64,000 bases of DNA, taken from positions 96,001 to 160,000 of the forward strand of contig CBDAOI010000001.1 of NCBI GenBank assembly GCA_965198005.1, in the 5' to 3' direction. Below are positions 48,739 to 57,712 of the stretch, piece by piece. Under the pieces are notes generated by a model. It searched no databases. It saw nothing but the letters and a program-made list of their open reading frames with translations, and was not told where the DNA came from. Source of the DNA: Spirochaetia bacterium. Its GTDB lineage: Bacteria; Spirochaetota; Spirochaetia; SZUA-6; Bin103. The position numbers and the translations under genes are program-made. The stretch's first letter is position 1. Every line of letters begins with the position of its first letter.

Positions 48739-49797
48739 ATGGGTAACGCAACACAGAGACTTTCGTTTTCCCAGGCCGTCGGCCAGGCGATCCGGCAGGA
48801 GATGCGGCGCGATCCGAGCGTGGTGGTGATCGGCGAGGACGTGGCCGGCGCCGCCGGGCGCGCGCATCTCGGACTGCAGGACGCGTGGGGCGGGCCGACC
48901 CGGTCGACGCGCGGCCTGGTGCTGGACTTCGGGGAGGATCGGGTGATCGACGCGCCGATCTCGGAGATGGGGTTCACCGGAGCGGCGGTGGGCGCGGCGA
49001 TGACCGGCCTGCGGCCGATCGTGGACCTCGGCTTCGTCGATCTGATCGCCTGCTGCTACGATCAGGTGATCAACCAGGCGGCCAAGATGCACTACATGAT
49101 GGGCGGCCAGGTCGCGATTCCCATGACGATGCGGATGGCCTACGGGGCGCGGCCGCCAAGCACGCAATCACTTGGGGGCGGAGCCGCGGCCCAGCATTCC
49201 CAGTCGCTGTACGCGATCGTGGCCCACGTGCCCGGTCTCAAGGTGGTGGTGCCGACCAACGCGTACAACGTGAAGGGGCTGCTGACGGCGGCGATTCGTG
49301 ACGACAACCCGGTAATCATATTCGAGAACCGCTATCTGGGGGTTGCCGCCCGCGCGCAAGTTCCCGAGGAGCCCTACACGCTGCCGTTGGACAAGGCGCA
49401 GATCGCGCGCGCCGGCACGGACGTCACGCTGTGCGGCATCGGGCGCATGACCTACGTCTGTCTCGACGCGGCCGAGCGGTTGACCGCTGACGGGCTGAAC
49501 GCGGAGGTGGTGGACCTGCTGAGCGTGGCGCCGATCGACGTTGACACCGTCGTGGAGTCGGTCTCGCGCACCCACCGGCTGGTGGTGGTGGACGAGGACA
49601 CTCCCGGCTGCTCGGTCGGGCACGAGGTTGCCGCGCGGGTGGCGGACGCGGGGTTCGATTACCTCGATGCGCCGGTCAAGACCCTGCACAGCGCTGACGT
49701 GCCGGTGCCCTACAGCGCCGCCCTCGAATCGCTGTATACGCCGAACACGGATCAAGTGGTTGCCACCGTGCGCGAATTGCTCGGCAACGGCGCCTGA
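48739..49797 (+). CDS. 2-oxoacid dehydrogenase E1 beta subunit
   Basis: GEDV, DAPISE, NQAAK, QHSQ and LDAP motifs. Confidence 0.92.
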   Translation: MGNATQRLSFSQAVGQAIRQEMRRDPSVVVIGEDVAGAAGRAHLGLQDAWGGPTRSTRGLVLDFGEDRVIDAPISEMGFTGAAVGAAMTGLRPIVDLGFVDLIACCYDQVINQAAKMHYMMGGQVAIPMTMRMAYGARPPSTQSLGGGAAAQHSQSLYAIVAHVPGLKVVVPTNAYNVKGLLTAAIRDDNPVIIFENRYLGVAARAQVPEEPYTLPLDKAQIARAGTDVTLCGIGRMTYVCLDAAERLTADGLNAEVVDLLSVAPIDVDTVVESVSRTHRLVVVDEDTPGCSVGHEVAARVADAGFDYLDAPVKTLHSADVPVPYSAALESLYTPNTDQVVATVRELLGNGA

Positions 49798-49814
49798 ATC
49801 GCGCTGAACCGCGC

Positions 49815-51225
49815 ATGGCGACGCAGATCCTCATGCCGAGCCTCGGCATGTACACGATTGAGGGTGAGTTGACCCGCTGGCTGGTCGCCGACGGCGCCGA
49901 GGTGGCGGCGGAGCAGGCGATCCTCGAGCTGACCACGGAGAAGAGCACCGTGGAGATCAACGCGCCGGCCGGCGGGATTCTGCACCAGGTCGCTCCCGCG
50001 GGGGCCGTGGTGCACGTGGAAGCGTTGCTCGGGTACGTGCTGGCGCCGGGCGAAGAGCCTCCGGCGCCGGCGGCCGGTGCGACCGGCTCTGCCCCCGACG
50101 CCGCGGCCGCAGCCGCGGCCCCACGCCCCGGCGTCGTGGCGGCGGTACCGGCGGCGGCCGGGGCCGGCGCGGCCGCGGGTGGACCGGTGCGCGCCTCCCC
50201 TGCCGCCCGCCGCCGTGCCAAGGAGCTGGGCGTCGCGCTGGAGGTGGTTACCGGCACCGGCCCCGGCGGCCGCATCACCGAAGCGGACGTGCAGGCGGCC
50301 GCGGCCGCACCGCAAGCCGTGTCGGGGCCGGCGCCGCCCGGTCCTGGTGCGGCCGGCCCTGTCCCCGGCGCCGCGGCCGCGGGCGGACCGGTGCGCGCCT
50401 CCCCCGCTGCCCGCCGCCGCGCCAAGGAGCGGCGTGACGCTGGAGGCGGTCACCGGCACCGGCCCCGGCGGCCGCATCACCGAAGCGGACGTGCAGGCGG
50501 CGGCGGCGGCCACCGCGGCGCCTGCCGCCGGCGCGGGCGGGCGCGCCGTGCTCCGGCGAGTGCCGTTGAGCGGCATGCGCAGGGTGATCGCCACCCGCAT
50601 GCACGACAGCCTGACCCGGACGGCCCAGCTCACCCTGACCCGGGAGGCCGACGCCGGCCCCCTGATCGAGGCCCGGCAGCGTGCGTCGGCGGCGGTGAAG
50701 GTGGCCTTCGACGTGCTCCTGGCGCAGGCGCTGGCGCGCGCGCTGGTGGCGCAGCCGGCGCTCAACGCGGTGGTCGAGGGCGACCAGATCCTGCTGCTGG
50801 ACGGGGTGCACGTGGGCATCGCGGTGGCGGTCGAGGGCGGTCTGCTGGTGCCGGTGCTGCGCGACGCCGCGCACCGGCCGCTGGCCGATCTGGCGCAGGA
50901 CCTCACCGGCCTCACCGACCGGGCACGCGGCGGGCGGCTCAGTCCGGCCGAGTACGAGGGCGGCACCGTCACCATCACCAACCTCGGCGCCTACGGCATC
51001 GACACCTTCACCCCGATCCTCAATCCCCCCGAAAGCGCCATCCTGGGCGTGGGGCGAATCGCGCCGCGGCCGTTCGTCGACGACCCTGCCGACGGGGCGG
51101 GCCCCGGCCTGACCGTGCGCCCGACCGTGCACCTCAGCCTCACGTTCGATCATCGCGTCGCCGACGGCGCCGCCGCCGCGCAGCTCCTGGAGGCGTTGGT
51201 GTCGGAGTGGACGCGCTTGGCGTAA
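49815..51225 (+). CDS. Dihydrolipoamide acyltransferase E2 with two E3-binding domains, frameshifted at about 50430
   Basis: Lipoyl TEKS, two ASPAARRRAKE...GTGPGGRITEADV repeats, catalytic FDHRVADG; the second repeat lacks 2 bp relative to the first. Confidence 0.88.
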
Positions 51226-51286
51226 GCGTGCCCGGCGCACGTAAGATCGTTCGTGCCGGGCGCGTCTGCCATAGCAGGAAGACAGC

Positions 51287-52474
51287 ATGCGCACCAACCT
51301 GAAACGATGGCTCCTGATTGCGGCCGGCGTGGCCGCATTGACCGTGCTGGCAGTGACCGCCGCGACCACGCCCAACGCCGCGCCGGCCACCGTCGCCGCC
51401 GCGCCCGACCTGCTGCCGGAACAGCCGGCGCCGCCCGGCGCGCAGCGGCAGTTCAGCACCGACTTCAGCCGCCACACCGTGTCGTACGGCGAAATCCTCT
51501 CCGGCGGGCCGCCCAAGGATGGCATTCCGGCGATCGACGTGCCCCGGTTCACCACCGTGGCGGAGGCCGACGAGTGGCTGGGCGAACAGGAGCCGGTGGT
51601 GCTGGTGGAGGTTGCCGGCGCCGCCAAGGCGTATCCGCTGCAGATCCTCACCTGGCACGAGATCGTGAACGACGAGGTGGGCGGGGTGCCGATCTCGGTC
51701 ACGTTCTGTCCGCTGTGCAACACCGCGATCGCGTTTCTGCGCGAGTTCGACGGTCAGGTGCTCGACTTCGGCACCACCGGCCGGCTGCGCTACAGCAACC
51801 TGATCATGTACGACCGCCAGACCGAGACCTGGTGGCAGCAGGCCACCGGCGAAGGGATCGCCGGCACGTACGCCGGCAGCCAACTGGCGTTCTACCCGGC
51901 CACGATCATCGCCTGGAGCGCCTTCCGGGATACCTACCCCGAGGCGCCGGTGTTGTCACAAGACACCGGCTTCGGGCGCGCGTATGGGCGCAACCCCTAC
52001 GTAGGGTACGACAACGTGAACAGCTCGCCGTTCCTCTACCGCGGCCCGCGCACGCCCGGCGAGCTGCCGCCGATGGCGCGGGTACTGACCGTCGATCTGC
52101 AGGGCGAGACCGTCGCCTACGCGTACGACCTACTGCAGGAGAGCCACGTGGTGAACGACACGGTCGCCACCCATCCGCTGGCCATATTCTGGCAGCCGGG
52201 CACCGCCTCCGCCCTCGACTCGCCGAGCATCGCCCAGGGGCGGGACGTGGGCACCGGCGCCGCCTTCAGCCGCGTAGTCGACGGGCAGACCCTGGAGTTC
52301 GAGTGGCGCGAGGACGCCGTGCGCGACCGCCAGACCGACAGCGTCTGGAACCTGCTCGGCGTGGCCACCGCCGGTCCGCTGGCCGGTACCCAGCTCGCCC
52401 CGGTGGTGAGCATCAACCACTTCTGGTTTTCATGGGCGGCGTTCCGGCCGGAGACGCGCATCTTCACCGGTTGA
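51287..52474 (+). CDS. DUF3179 domain exported protein
   Basis: Signal peptide; GGPPKDGIPAID, WHEIVND, TFCPLC and YDRQTETWWQQ motifs. Confidence 0.88.
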   Translation: MRTNLKRWLLIAAGVAALTVLAVTAATTPNAAPATVAAAPDLLPEQPAPPGAQRQFSTDFSRHTVSYGEILSGGPPKDGIPAIDVPRFTTVAEADEWLGEQEPVVLVEVAGAAKAYPLQILTWHEIVNDEVGGVPISVTFCPLCNTAIAFLREFDGQVLDFGTTGRLRYSNLIMYDRQTETWWQQATGEGIAGTYAGSQLAFYPATIIAWSAFRDTYPEAPVLSQDTGFGRAYGRNPYVGYDNVNSSPFLYRGPRTPGELPPMARVLTVDLQGETVAYAYDLLQESHVVNDTVATHPLAIFWQPGTASALDSPSIAQGRDVGTGAAFSRVVDGQTLEFEWREDAVRDRQTDSVWNLLGVATAGPLAGTQLAPVVSINHFWFSWAAFRPETRIFTG

Positions 52475-53269
52475 ACCGCGCGCCGCCGGCCGGGTCAGGA
52501 TCCGGAACGCCTCGTCCACGTCGTCCACCACGTGGAACAGTTCCAGATCCTGCTCACTGATGGTACCCCACTCGATGAACTTGTCGAACTTGACCACTTC
52601 CTCCCAGAACTCGCGGCCGTAGACGATCACCGTCACCGGCCGCTGCACTTTCTGGGTCTGCAGCAGAGTCAACACCTCGAACAGCTCGTCCATGGTGCCG
52701 AGACCGCCGGGGAACACCACCAGCGCCCGTGCCAGGTACATGAACCAGAACTTGCGCATGAAGAAGTAGTGGAACTCGACCGCCAGGCCGGGCGTGACGT
52801 AGCGGTTGGCGGCCGCCTCGGACGGCAGGCTGATGGTCAGGCCGATGCTGTTGCCGCCGGCTTCCGTGGCGCCGCGATTGGCCGCCTCCATCATGCCGGG
52901 GCCGCCGCCGGAACAGATGACCAGCTCGCCCTGGGCATGGTGCTCCTGCGACCAGGCGGTGATCCTGCGCGCCAGCGCCCGCGCGTCCTCGTAGTACTCG
53001 GCCAAGCGGAGCTGGCGCTGCGCCCGCCGCACCTCGGCGGCCGACGCGGCGGGGTTGCGGCCCGCGGCCGTGGCTTCGAACCGCTTCCGGGCCTCATCCG
53101 GCGGCAGGGCGCGGGCGGCGCCGAAGAACACGATGGCGCTGGTGATGCCGCGCCGCCGCAGGCGCGCCTGCGGCTCCAGGTACTCGGCGAGGATGCGCAG
53201 CGTGCGGGCGTCGCGACTGCGCAAGAAGGACAGATTCTCGTATGCCTTGCGATCCGAAGGCCTGGCCAT
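52430..53269 (-). CDS. LOG family protein (TIGR00730-like)
   Basis: GGGPGMMEAANRGA, FHYFFMRKFWF and PGGLGTMDELFE motifs. Confidence 0.9.
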   Translation of the reverse strand: MARPSDRKAYENLSFLRSRDARTLRILAEYLEPQARLRRRGITSAIVFFGAARALPPDEARKRFEATAAGRNPAASAAEVRRAQRQLRLAEYYEDARALARRITAWSQEHHAQGELVICSGGGPGMMEAANRGATEAGGNSIGLTISLPSEAAANRYVTPGLAVEFHYFFMRKFWFMYLARALVVFPGGLGTMDELFEVLTLLQTQKVQRPVTVIVYGREFWEEVVKFDKFIEWGTISEQDLELFHVVDDVDEAFRILTRPAARGSTGEDARLRPERRP

Positions 53270-53310
53270 GGTCACTCCCCATCCACCGGCGGCGTTGGCC
53301 CGCGCCTGCT

Positions 53311-53679
53311 TCAGGGGTGGGTGCAGTCGGAGCCGCTCCAATAGTGGCAGTCGTCATGGTAGCAGATCGGCCGCCGCACGACCGGACATAGGCGTTCGCG
53401 GCGTTCGCGGGCCGTGCTCGGCCGGCCTCCGCCGTGCGCCGAGGCTGCCGGCCGGGGGCGGCGCGGGCGCGGCGCCGCGGCCGCGCGGGGTGTGCGGCGT
53501 GCGCCGGCAGATGCGCGTTCGGCGGCGCGGGCCGCGGCCGCGGGGGCCGGCGGCCGGAGTCCCGCGGGCGCGCGGTCAGACTCGGGCCGAGTCGCCGGCG
53601 GTGGCGGTCCGGGTGCCGGTGCCGGCGGTGGCCGCGGCTCGGCCTGATGGATGCGGCCGGCGCGCGTGAGCAACCCCAT
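53311..53679 (-). CDS. Hypothetical Pro/Ala-rich protein with a C-terminal Cys/His cluster
   Basis: AAGGTAGG RBS then ATG; ends CPVVRRPICYHDDCHYWSGSDCTHP. Confidence 0.4.
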   Translation of the reverse strand: MGLLTRAGRIHQAEPRPPPAPAPGPPPPATRPESDRAPAGLRPPAPAAAARAAERASAGARRTPRAAAAPRPRRPRPAASAHGGGRPSTARERRERLCPVVRRPICYHDDCHYWSGSDCTHP

Positions 53680-53753
53680 ACCTACCTTGTCGGCCGAATC
53701 GTGAGCGCGGGCGAGGCGGGCACGACAGCCCCCCTGAAGTCCTGCCACAATTC

Positions 53754-53790
53754 GCCGTCCCCGCCGGCCGTTGTCGCCGGCGGGGACGGC
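53754..53790. repeat. Perfect 15-bp inverted repeat (hairpin)
   Basis: gccgtccccgccggc-cgttgtc-gccggcggggacggc. Confidence 0.8.
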
Positions 53791-53870
53791 TTGCGTTCCC
53801 AAGCCAGGGTCGCCGCGGCCGTCCCGCGGCATGCTACAGTGGTCGTGTTGACCGCGGAGTACGGGATCGG

Positions 53871-54380
53871 ATGAGGCTGGACAGCATTGAGCGCATTGCG
53901 CGCGCGTTGAACGACAGTGAGGTGCGCTTCATCGTGGTGGGCGGCCTGGCGGTAGTTGCCCACGGCTACGGCCGCCAGACGCAGGACCTCGATCTGGTCA
54001 TTCAGCTTGAGCCCGGCTCCATCCACCGTGCGTTCGAGGCGTTGGCCAAGCTGGGGTATCGGCCGCGCGTCCCGGTGACGGCGGACGCGTTTGCCGACCC
54101 GCGGCGGCGCGCGCAACTGATTGCCGACAAGGGCATGATGGTCCTTGGCTTCCACAGCGACCGGCACCGCGAGACGCCGGTCGACCTGTTCGCCGCGGAA
54201 CCGTTCGACTTCGCTGCCGAGTACGCGGCGGCGCTGGTTGAGGAAGTGGCGCCGGGAGTGCCGGTACGGATCGTCCGGCTGGAAGTCCTGCTCCGGCTGA
54301 AGCGCCGGGCGGGCAGGCCCCAAGACCTGGCGGATATCGCGGAACTGACTCAGCTCGATCGGGGGGAAGGGAATGAGTGA
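53871..54380 (+). CDS. Nucleotidyltransferase (DUF6036 / AbiEii-like)
   Basis: VVGGLAV.AHG..R.T.DLDL and K..AGRPQDLAD motifs. Confidence 0.8.
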   Translation: MRLDSIERIARALNDSEVRFIVVGGLAVVAHGYGRQTQDLDLVIQLEPGSIHRAFEALAKLGYRPRVPVTADAFADPRRRAQLIADKGMMVLGFHSDRHRETPVDLFAAEPFDFAAEYAAALVEEVAPGVPVRIVRLEVLLRLKRRAGRPQDLADIAELTQLDRGEGNE

Positions 54381-54564
54381 GGAGATCGATTGGCGGGTGG
54401 TCACGTTCGCCGGCAACCGCCGCCGCCAACGGGAGGAGTTCCACGCGCTCCCGTTGCGCGAGAAGCTGATCGCGATTGAGCAGCTCTCGATGGTTACGGA
54501 GTACTTCCTGGCCCGCCGGGCAGCGCGGACCTTGCGCCTGCGCGCGCCGCCCCTAACGAACTAA
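54373..54564 (+). CDS. Small hypothetical partner protein
   Basis: Overlaps the NTase stop; GGAAGG RBS. Confidence 0.6.
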   Translation: MSEEIDWRVVTFAGNRRRQREEFHALPLREKLIAIEQLSMVTEYFLARRAARTLRLRAPPLTN

Positions 54565-55442
54565 CCAAGAGCATTAAGATTGAGCACGCGGCGCATGGTC
54601 GCGCCGATGTGCGCGGGCGATTCCACCACCTCGGCTCCGGCCGCCCGCAGCGCTTCCTGCTTGGCGGCGGCGGTGCCGGCGGAACCGGCGATGATTGCCC
54701 CGGCGTGGCCCATGCGCCGGCCGGGCGGCGCGGTGGCGCCGGCGATGAAGGCCACCACGGGTTTGCTCATCGTGCGCATGAACGCGGCCGCCTCCTGCTC
54801 CGCGCTGCCGCCGATCTCGCCGATCAGCACCACCGCGCGGGTATCCGGATCGGCCTCGAACAGCTCCAGCGCCGCGCGCTGCGAGGTACCGATCACCGGG
54901 TCTCCGCCTACCCCGACGCTGCCGGACTGGCCGAGCCCGAGGCGCGAGAGCTGGTCCACCGTCTCGTAGACCAGGGTGCCCGAACGGGAAATCACGCCCA
55001 CGTCACCGGGACGGTAGACGTCGACCGGCATGATGCCGGCGCGCATGCGGACGCCGGGCACGATCACGCCGGGACAGTTGGGGCCGACCAGACGCGTCCC
55101 CGACCCTTGCAGCGCACGCTTGACGCGCACCATGTCCAGCACCGGAATGAACTCCGTAATGCAGATCACCACCGGGATACCGGCCGCGGCCGCCTCCAGA
55201 ATCGCGTCGGCCGCGTGCGCCGCCGGCACGAAGATCACCGAAACGTTCGCGCCCTCCCGTTCGACCGCTTCGCGCACCGTGTCGTACACCGGGGTATCCT
55301 CCAGCCGCTGGCCGCCCCGCCCCGGCGTCACCCCGGCCACCACCGGCGTGCCGTAGGCGCGGCTGATGCGCGCCTGCATCTGACCGGCGCGGCCGAACCC
55401 CTGGATCACCAGCCGGCTCGCCTCGTTCAGCAGTACCGCCAT
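54561..55442 (-). CDS. sucD: Succinyl-CoA ligase alpha subunit
   Basis: GPNCPG, SRSGTL, GEIGG and RMGHAGA motifs. Confidence 0.95.
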   Translation of the reverse strand: MAVLLNEASRLVIQGFGRAGQMQARISRAYGTPVVAGVTPGRGGQRLEDTPVYDTVREAVEREGANVSVIFVPAAHAADAILEAAAAGIPVVICITEFIPVLDMVRVKRALQGSGTRLVGPNCPGVIVPGVRMRAGIMPVDVYRPGDVGVISRSGTLVYETVDQLSRLGLGQSGSVGVGGDPVIGTSQRAALELFEADPDTRAVVLIGEIGGSAEQEAAAFMRTMSKPVVAFIAGATAPPGRRMGHAGAIIAGSAGTAAAKQEALRAAGAEVVESPAHIGATMRRVLNLNALG

Positions 55443-55446
55443 CGGA

Positions 55447-56616
55447 TTATCCCGCCGGGGCGCCGGCCGCCACCGCCGCCCGCGCCGCCTCGCCGAACTC
55501 GTCGGCGCGGATCAGGTCGATGCCCGCCTCGTCGAGGATGCGCAGTCCCTGCGTGACGTTGGTTCCCGCCAGCCGGACCACGGTCGGCTGCGGCAGCCAG
55601 CCGCCGTGCTTGGCCTCCACGATGCCGTCCGCGATGACGTCGGTCCGCGCCAGGCCGCCGAAGATGTTGATCAGGACCGCGCGCGCATCCGGATCGGCGC
55701 CGATGATCCGTAGCGCGGCGACCACCGTCTCCTGGCGGTTGGCGGTGCCGATGTCGAGAAAGTTGGCCGGCGCGCCGCCCGCGAACTTGATCGCGTCCAT
55801 GGTGGCCATCGCCAGGCCCGCGCCGTTCACCAGGCACCCGATGGTGCCGTCGAGCTTGACGTAGTTGTCGATGCCGGCATCGTGGGCGCGGCGTTCACGC
55901 TCCGCCTCCTGCTCGCGGTCGCGCAACTTCGCCAGTTGCGGCTGGCGAAACAGCGCGTTGTCGTCGATCGTCAGCTTCGCGTCGCCGGCCAGCAGGCGGC
56001 CGTCCGCGGCTACCGCCAGCGGGTTGATCTCGGCCAGGCTGCCGTCAGCGTCCAGGAACGCCGCCACCAGCGCGCGGATCAACGCCGTCGCCGGCGCCAG
56101 CAGGTCGCCGTCCAGGCCGGTCTCGAAGGCCAGCGCCCGCGCCTGATACGGCTGGAAGCCGCAGGCCGGATCCACGTGCTGGCGCCGAATCGCCTCGGGA
56201 CGGGCCGCGGCCACCTCCTCGATCTCCACGCCGCCCGCGGCCGACGCGATCACCAGCGGCATCCCCCGCGAGTTGTCGATCGCCACGCTCAGATACAGCT
56301 CGCGCTGAATCGCGATCCGCTCCTCCACCAGCACCGCGCTCACCGGCAGACCGGCGCTGCCCGTCTGGCGCGTCACGAGCCGCATGCCGAGCATGCGCTG
56401 CGCCGCCCTGCCCGCCTCGGCCGCAGTCGCCGCGAGCTGGATGCCGCCCGCCTTGCCGCGCGCTCCGGTGTGCGCCTGCGCCTTGACCACGCAGGCGCCG
56501 CCCAGCTCGCGCGCCGCCGCTTCCGCCGCCGCCGCGGTGCGCGCCACCTTGCCGCGCGGCACCGCCACGCCGTACCGCGCCAGCAGCTCCTTGGCTTGGT
56601 ATTCGTGCAGCTTCAC
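55447..56616 (-). CDS. sucC: Succinyl-CoA ligase beta subunit
   Basis: [30 protein letters not shown] and NIFGG motifs. Confidence 0.95.
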   Translation of the reverse strand: MKLHEYQAKELLARYGVAVPRGKVARTAAAAEAAARELGGACVVKAQAHTGARGKAGGIQLAATAAEAGRAAQRMLGMRLVTRQTGSAGLPVSAVLVEERIAIQRELYLSVAIDNSRGMPLVIASAAGGVEIEEVAAARPEAIRRQHVDPACGFQPYQARALAFETGLDGDLLAPATALIRALVAAFLDADGSLAEINPLAVAADGRLLAGDAKLTIDDNALFRQPQLAKLRDREQEAERERRAHDAGIDNYVKLDGTIGCLVNGAGLAMATMDAIKFAGGAPANFLDIGTANRQETVVAALRIIGADPDARAVLINIFGGLARTDVIADGIVEAKHGGWLPQPTVVRLAGTNVTQGLRILDEAGIDLIRADEFGEAARAAVAAGAPAG

Positions 56617-56749
56617 CGCCTGCTCCCGCCGCTCCCGCTTCGTGTCGCCGGTTGCTTCATTGCCTGCTATCCAACCCGCCGGCCGCCATACTGTCAACGG
56701 CTTGGTGAATTCCAGGCTTTTTGAGACACTTCCGCAACGAGGACATCCC

Positions 56750-57674
56750 GTGCGGCAAAACGACTCCCACCGGACCGCCGGCGTGCGCTACGAACCGAAC
56801 GAACGGCCCCCGATGCTGCTCACGTTCGGTCTCGGCCTGCAGTTCACGGTGCTCTGCATCGCCGGCGTGGTGCTGACGCCGGCGATCGTGATCCGCGCCG
56901 GCGGCGGCGGCGAAAACTACGTGTCCTGGGCGGTGTTCGCCGCGGTCGCAGTGTGCGGCGTGTCCACCGTGCTGCAGGCGGTGCGGGTCGGACGCGTCGG
57001 CGCCGGTTACGTACTCCTGATGGGCACCTCCGGGGCGTTCATCGGGGTCAGCGTCGCGGCCCTGGCCCAGGGTGGCCCGGCGCTGCTCGCCACCCTGGTG
57101 GTGATCTCGTCGTTGTTCCAGTTCACGCTGGCGGCACGGCTTTCCCTGCTGCGCCGGGTGCTGACGCCGACCGTGGCCGGAACCGTGATCATGCTGATCG
57201 CGGTCACGGTGATGCCGATCATCTTCGACATGCTGGCGCAGGTGCCGGACGACGCGCCACCGTTGGCCGCGCCGGTAAGCGCCCTGGCGACCGTGGTGGT
57301 GATCACCGGCTTGGCGATGAAGGCCACCGGGCCGTTGCGCCTCTGGGCGCCGGTCATCGGCGGCGGGCGAAGAGACGCTGGCGTCGCTGGTCGGACCGGA
57401 CGGTGGCGGCGGCGAGGCCGGCCGCCGGCGCCTGCTCCTGGTCGCCCGCAAGGAAGACGGCGCGGCAGTGCTCGAATTCATCGCCTCCACCGGCGAGGAC
57501 AACCTCCAGGATCGGCTGGCATTGCTCGACGCCCACTCCCCCGAGGTCCCGGAAGAGCGAGAAATCTCGTTGCGCCTCCTGCGCCACCTCGCTTCGTCGG
57601 TCCGCCACGAGCAATACCACGACACGGAAATCGTGACCGTGCGCGTGGAAGCCCCGCGCCCCGCGCATACGTAG
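56750..57674 (+). pseudogene. NCS2 (xanthine/uracil) permease with a large internal deletion
   Basis: RYEPNERPP...GLQ, GTSGAF and TPTVAGTVIMLI end at about 57360, then jump out of frame to a soluble C-terminal domain (EISLRLLRH...QYH). Confidence 0.75.
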
Positions 57675-57712
57675 CCGCGTGACGAGTCTCTTCCCCCGAG
57701 ACGAACGTCAGT

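Noticed and set aside
50160-50510. Direct repeat and frameshift in E2 as a mobile or phase-variable element
   Set aside because: The repeat is the ordinary duplicated E3-binding domain; the 2-bp loss in copy two is probably a consensus error
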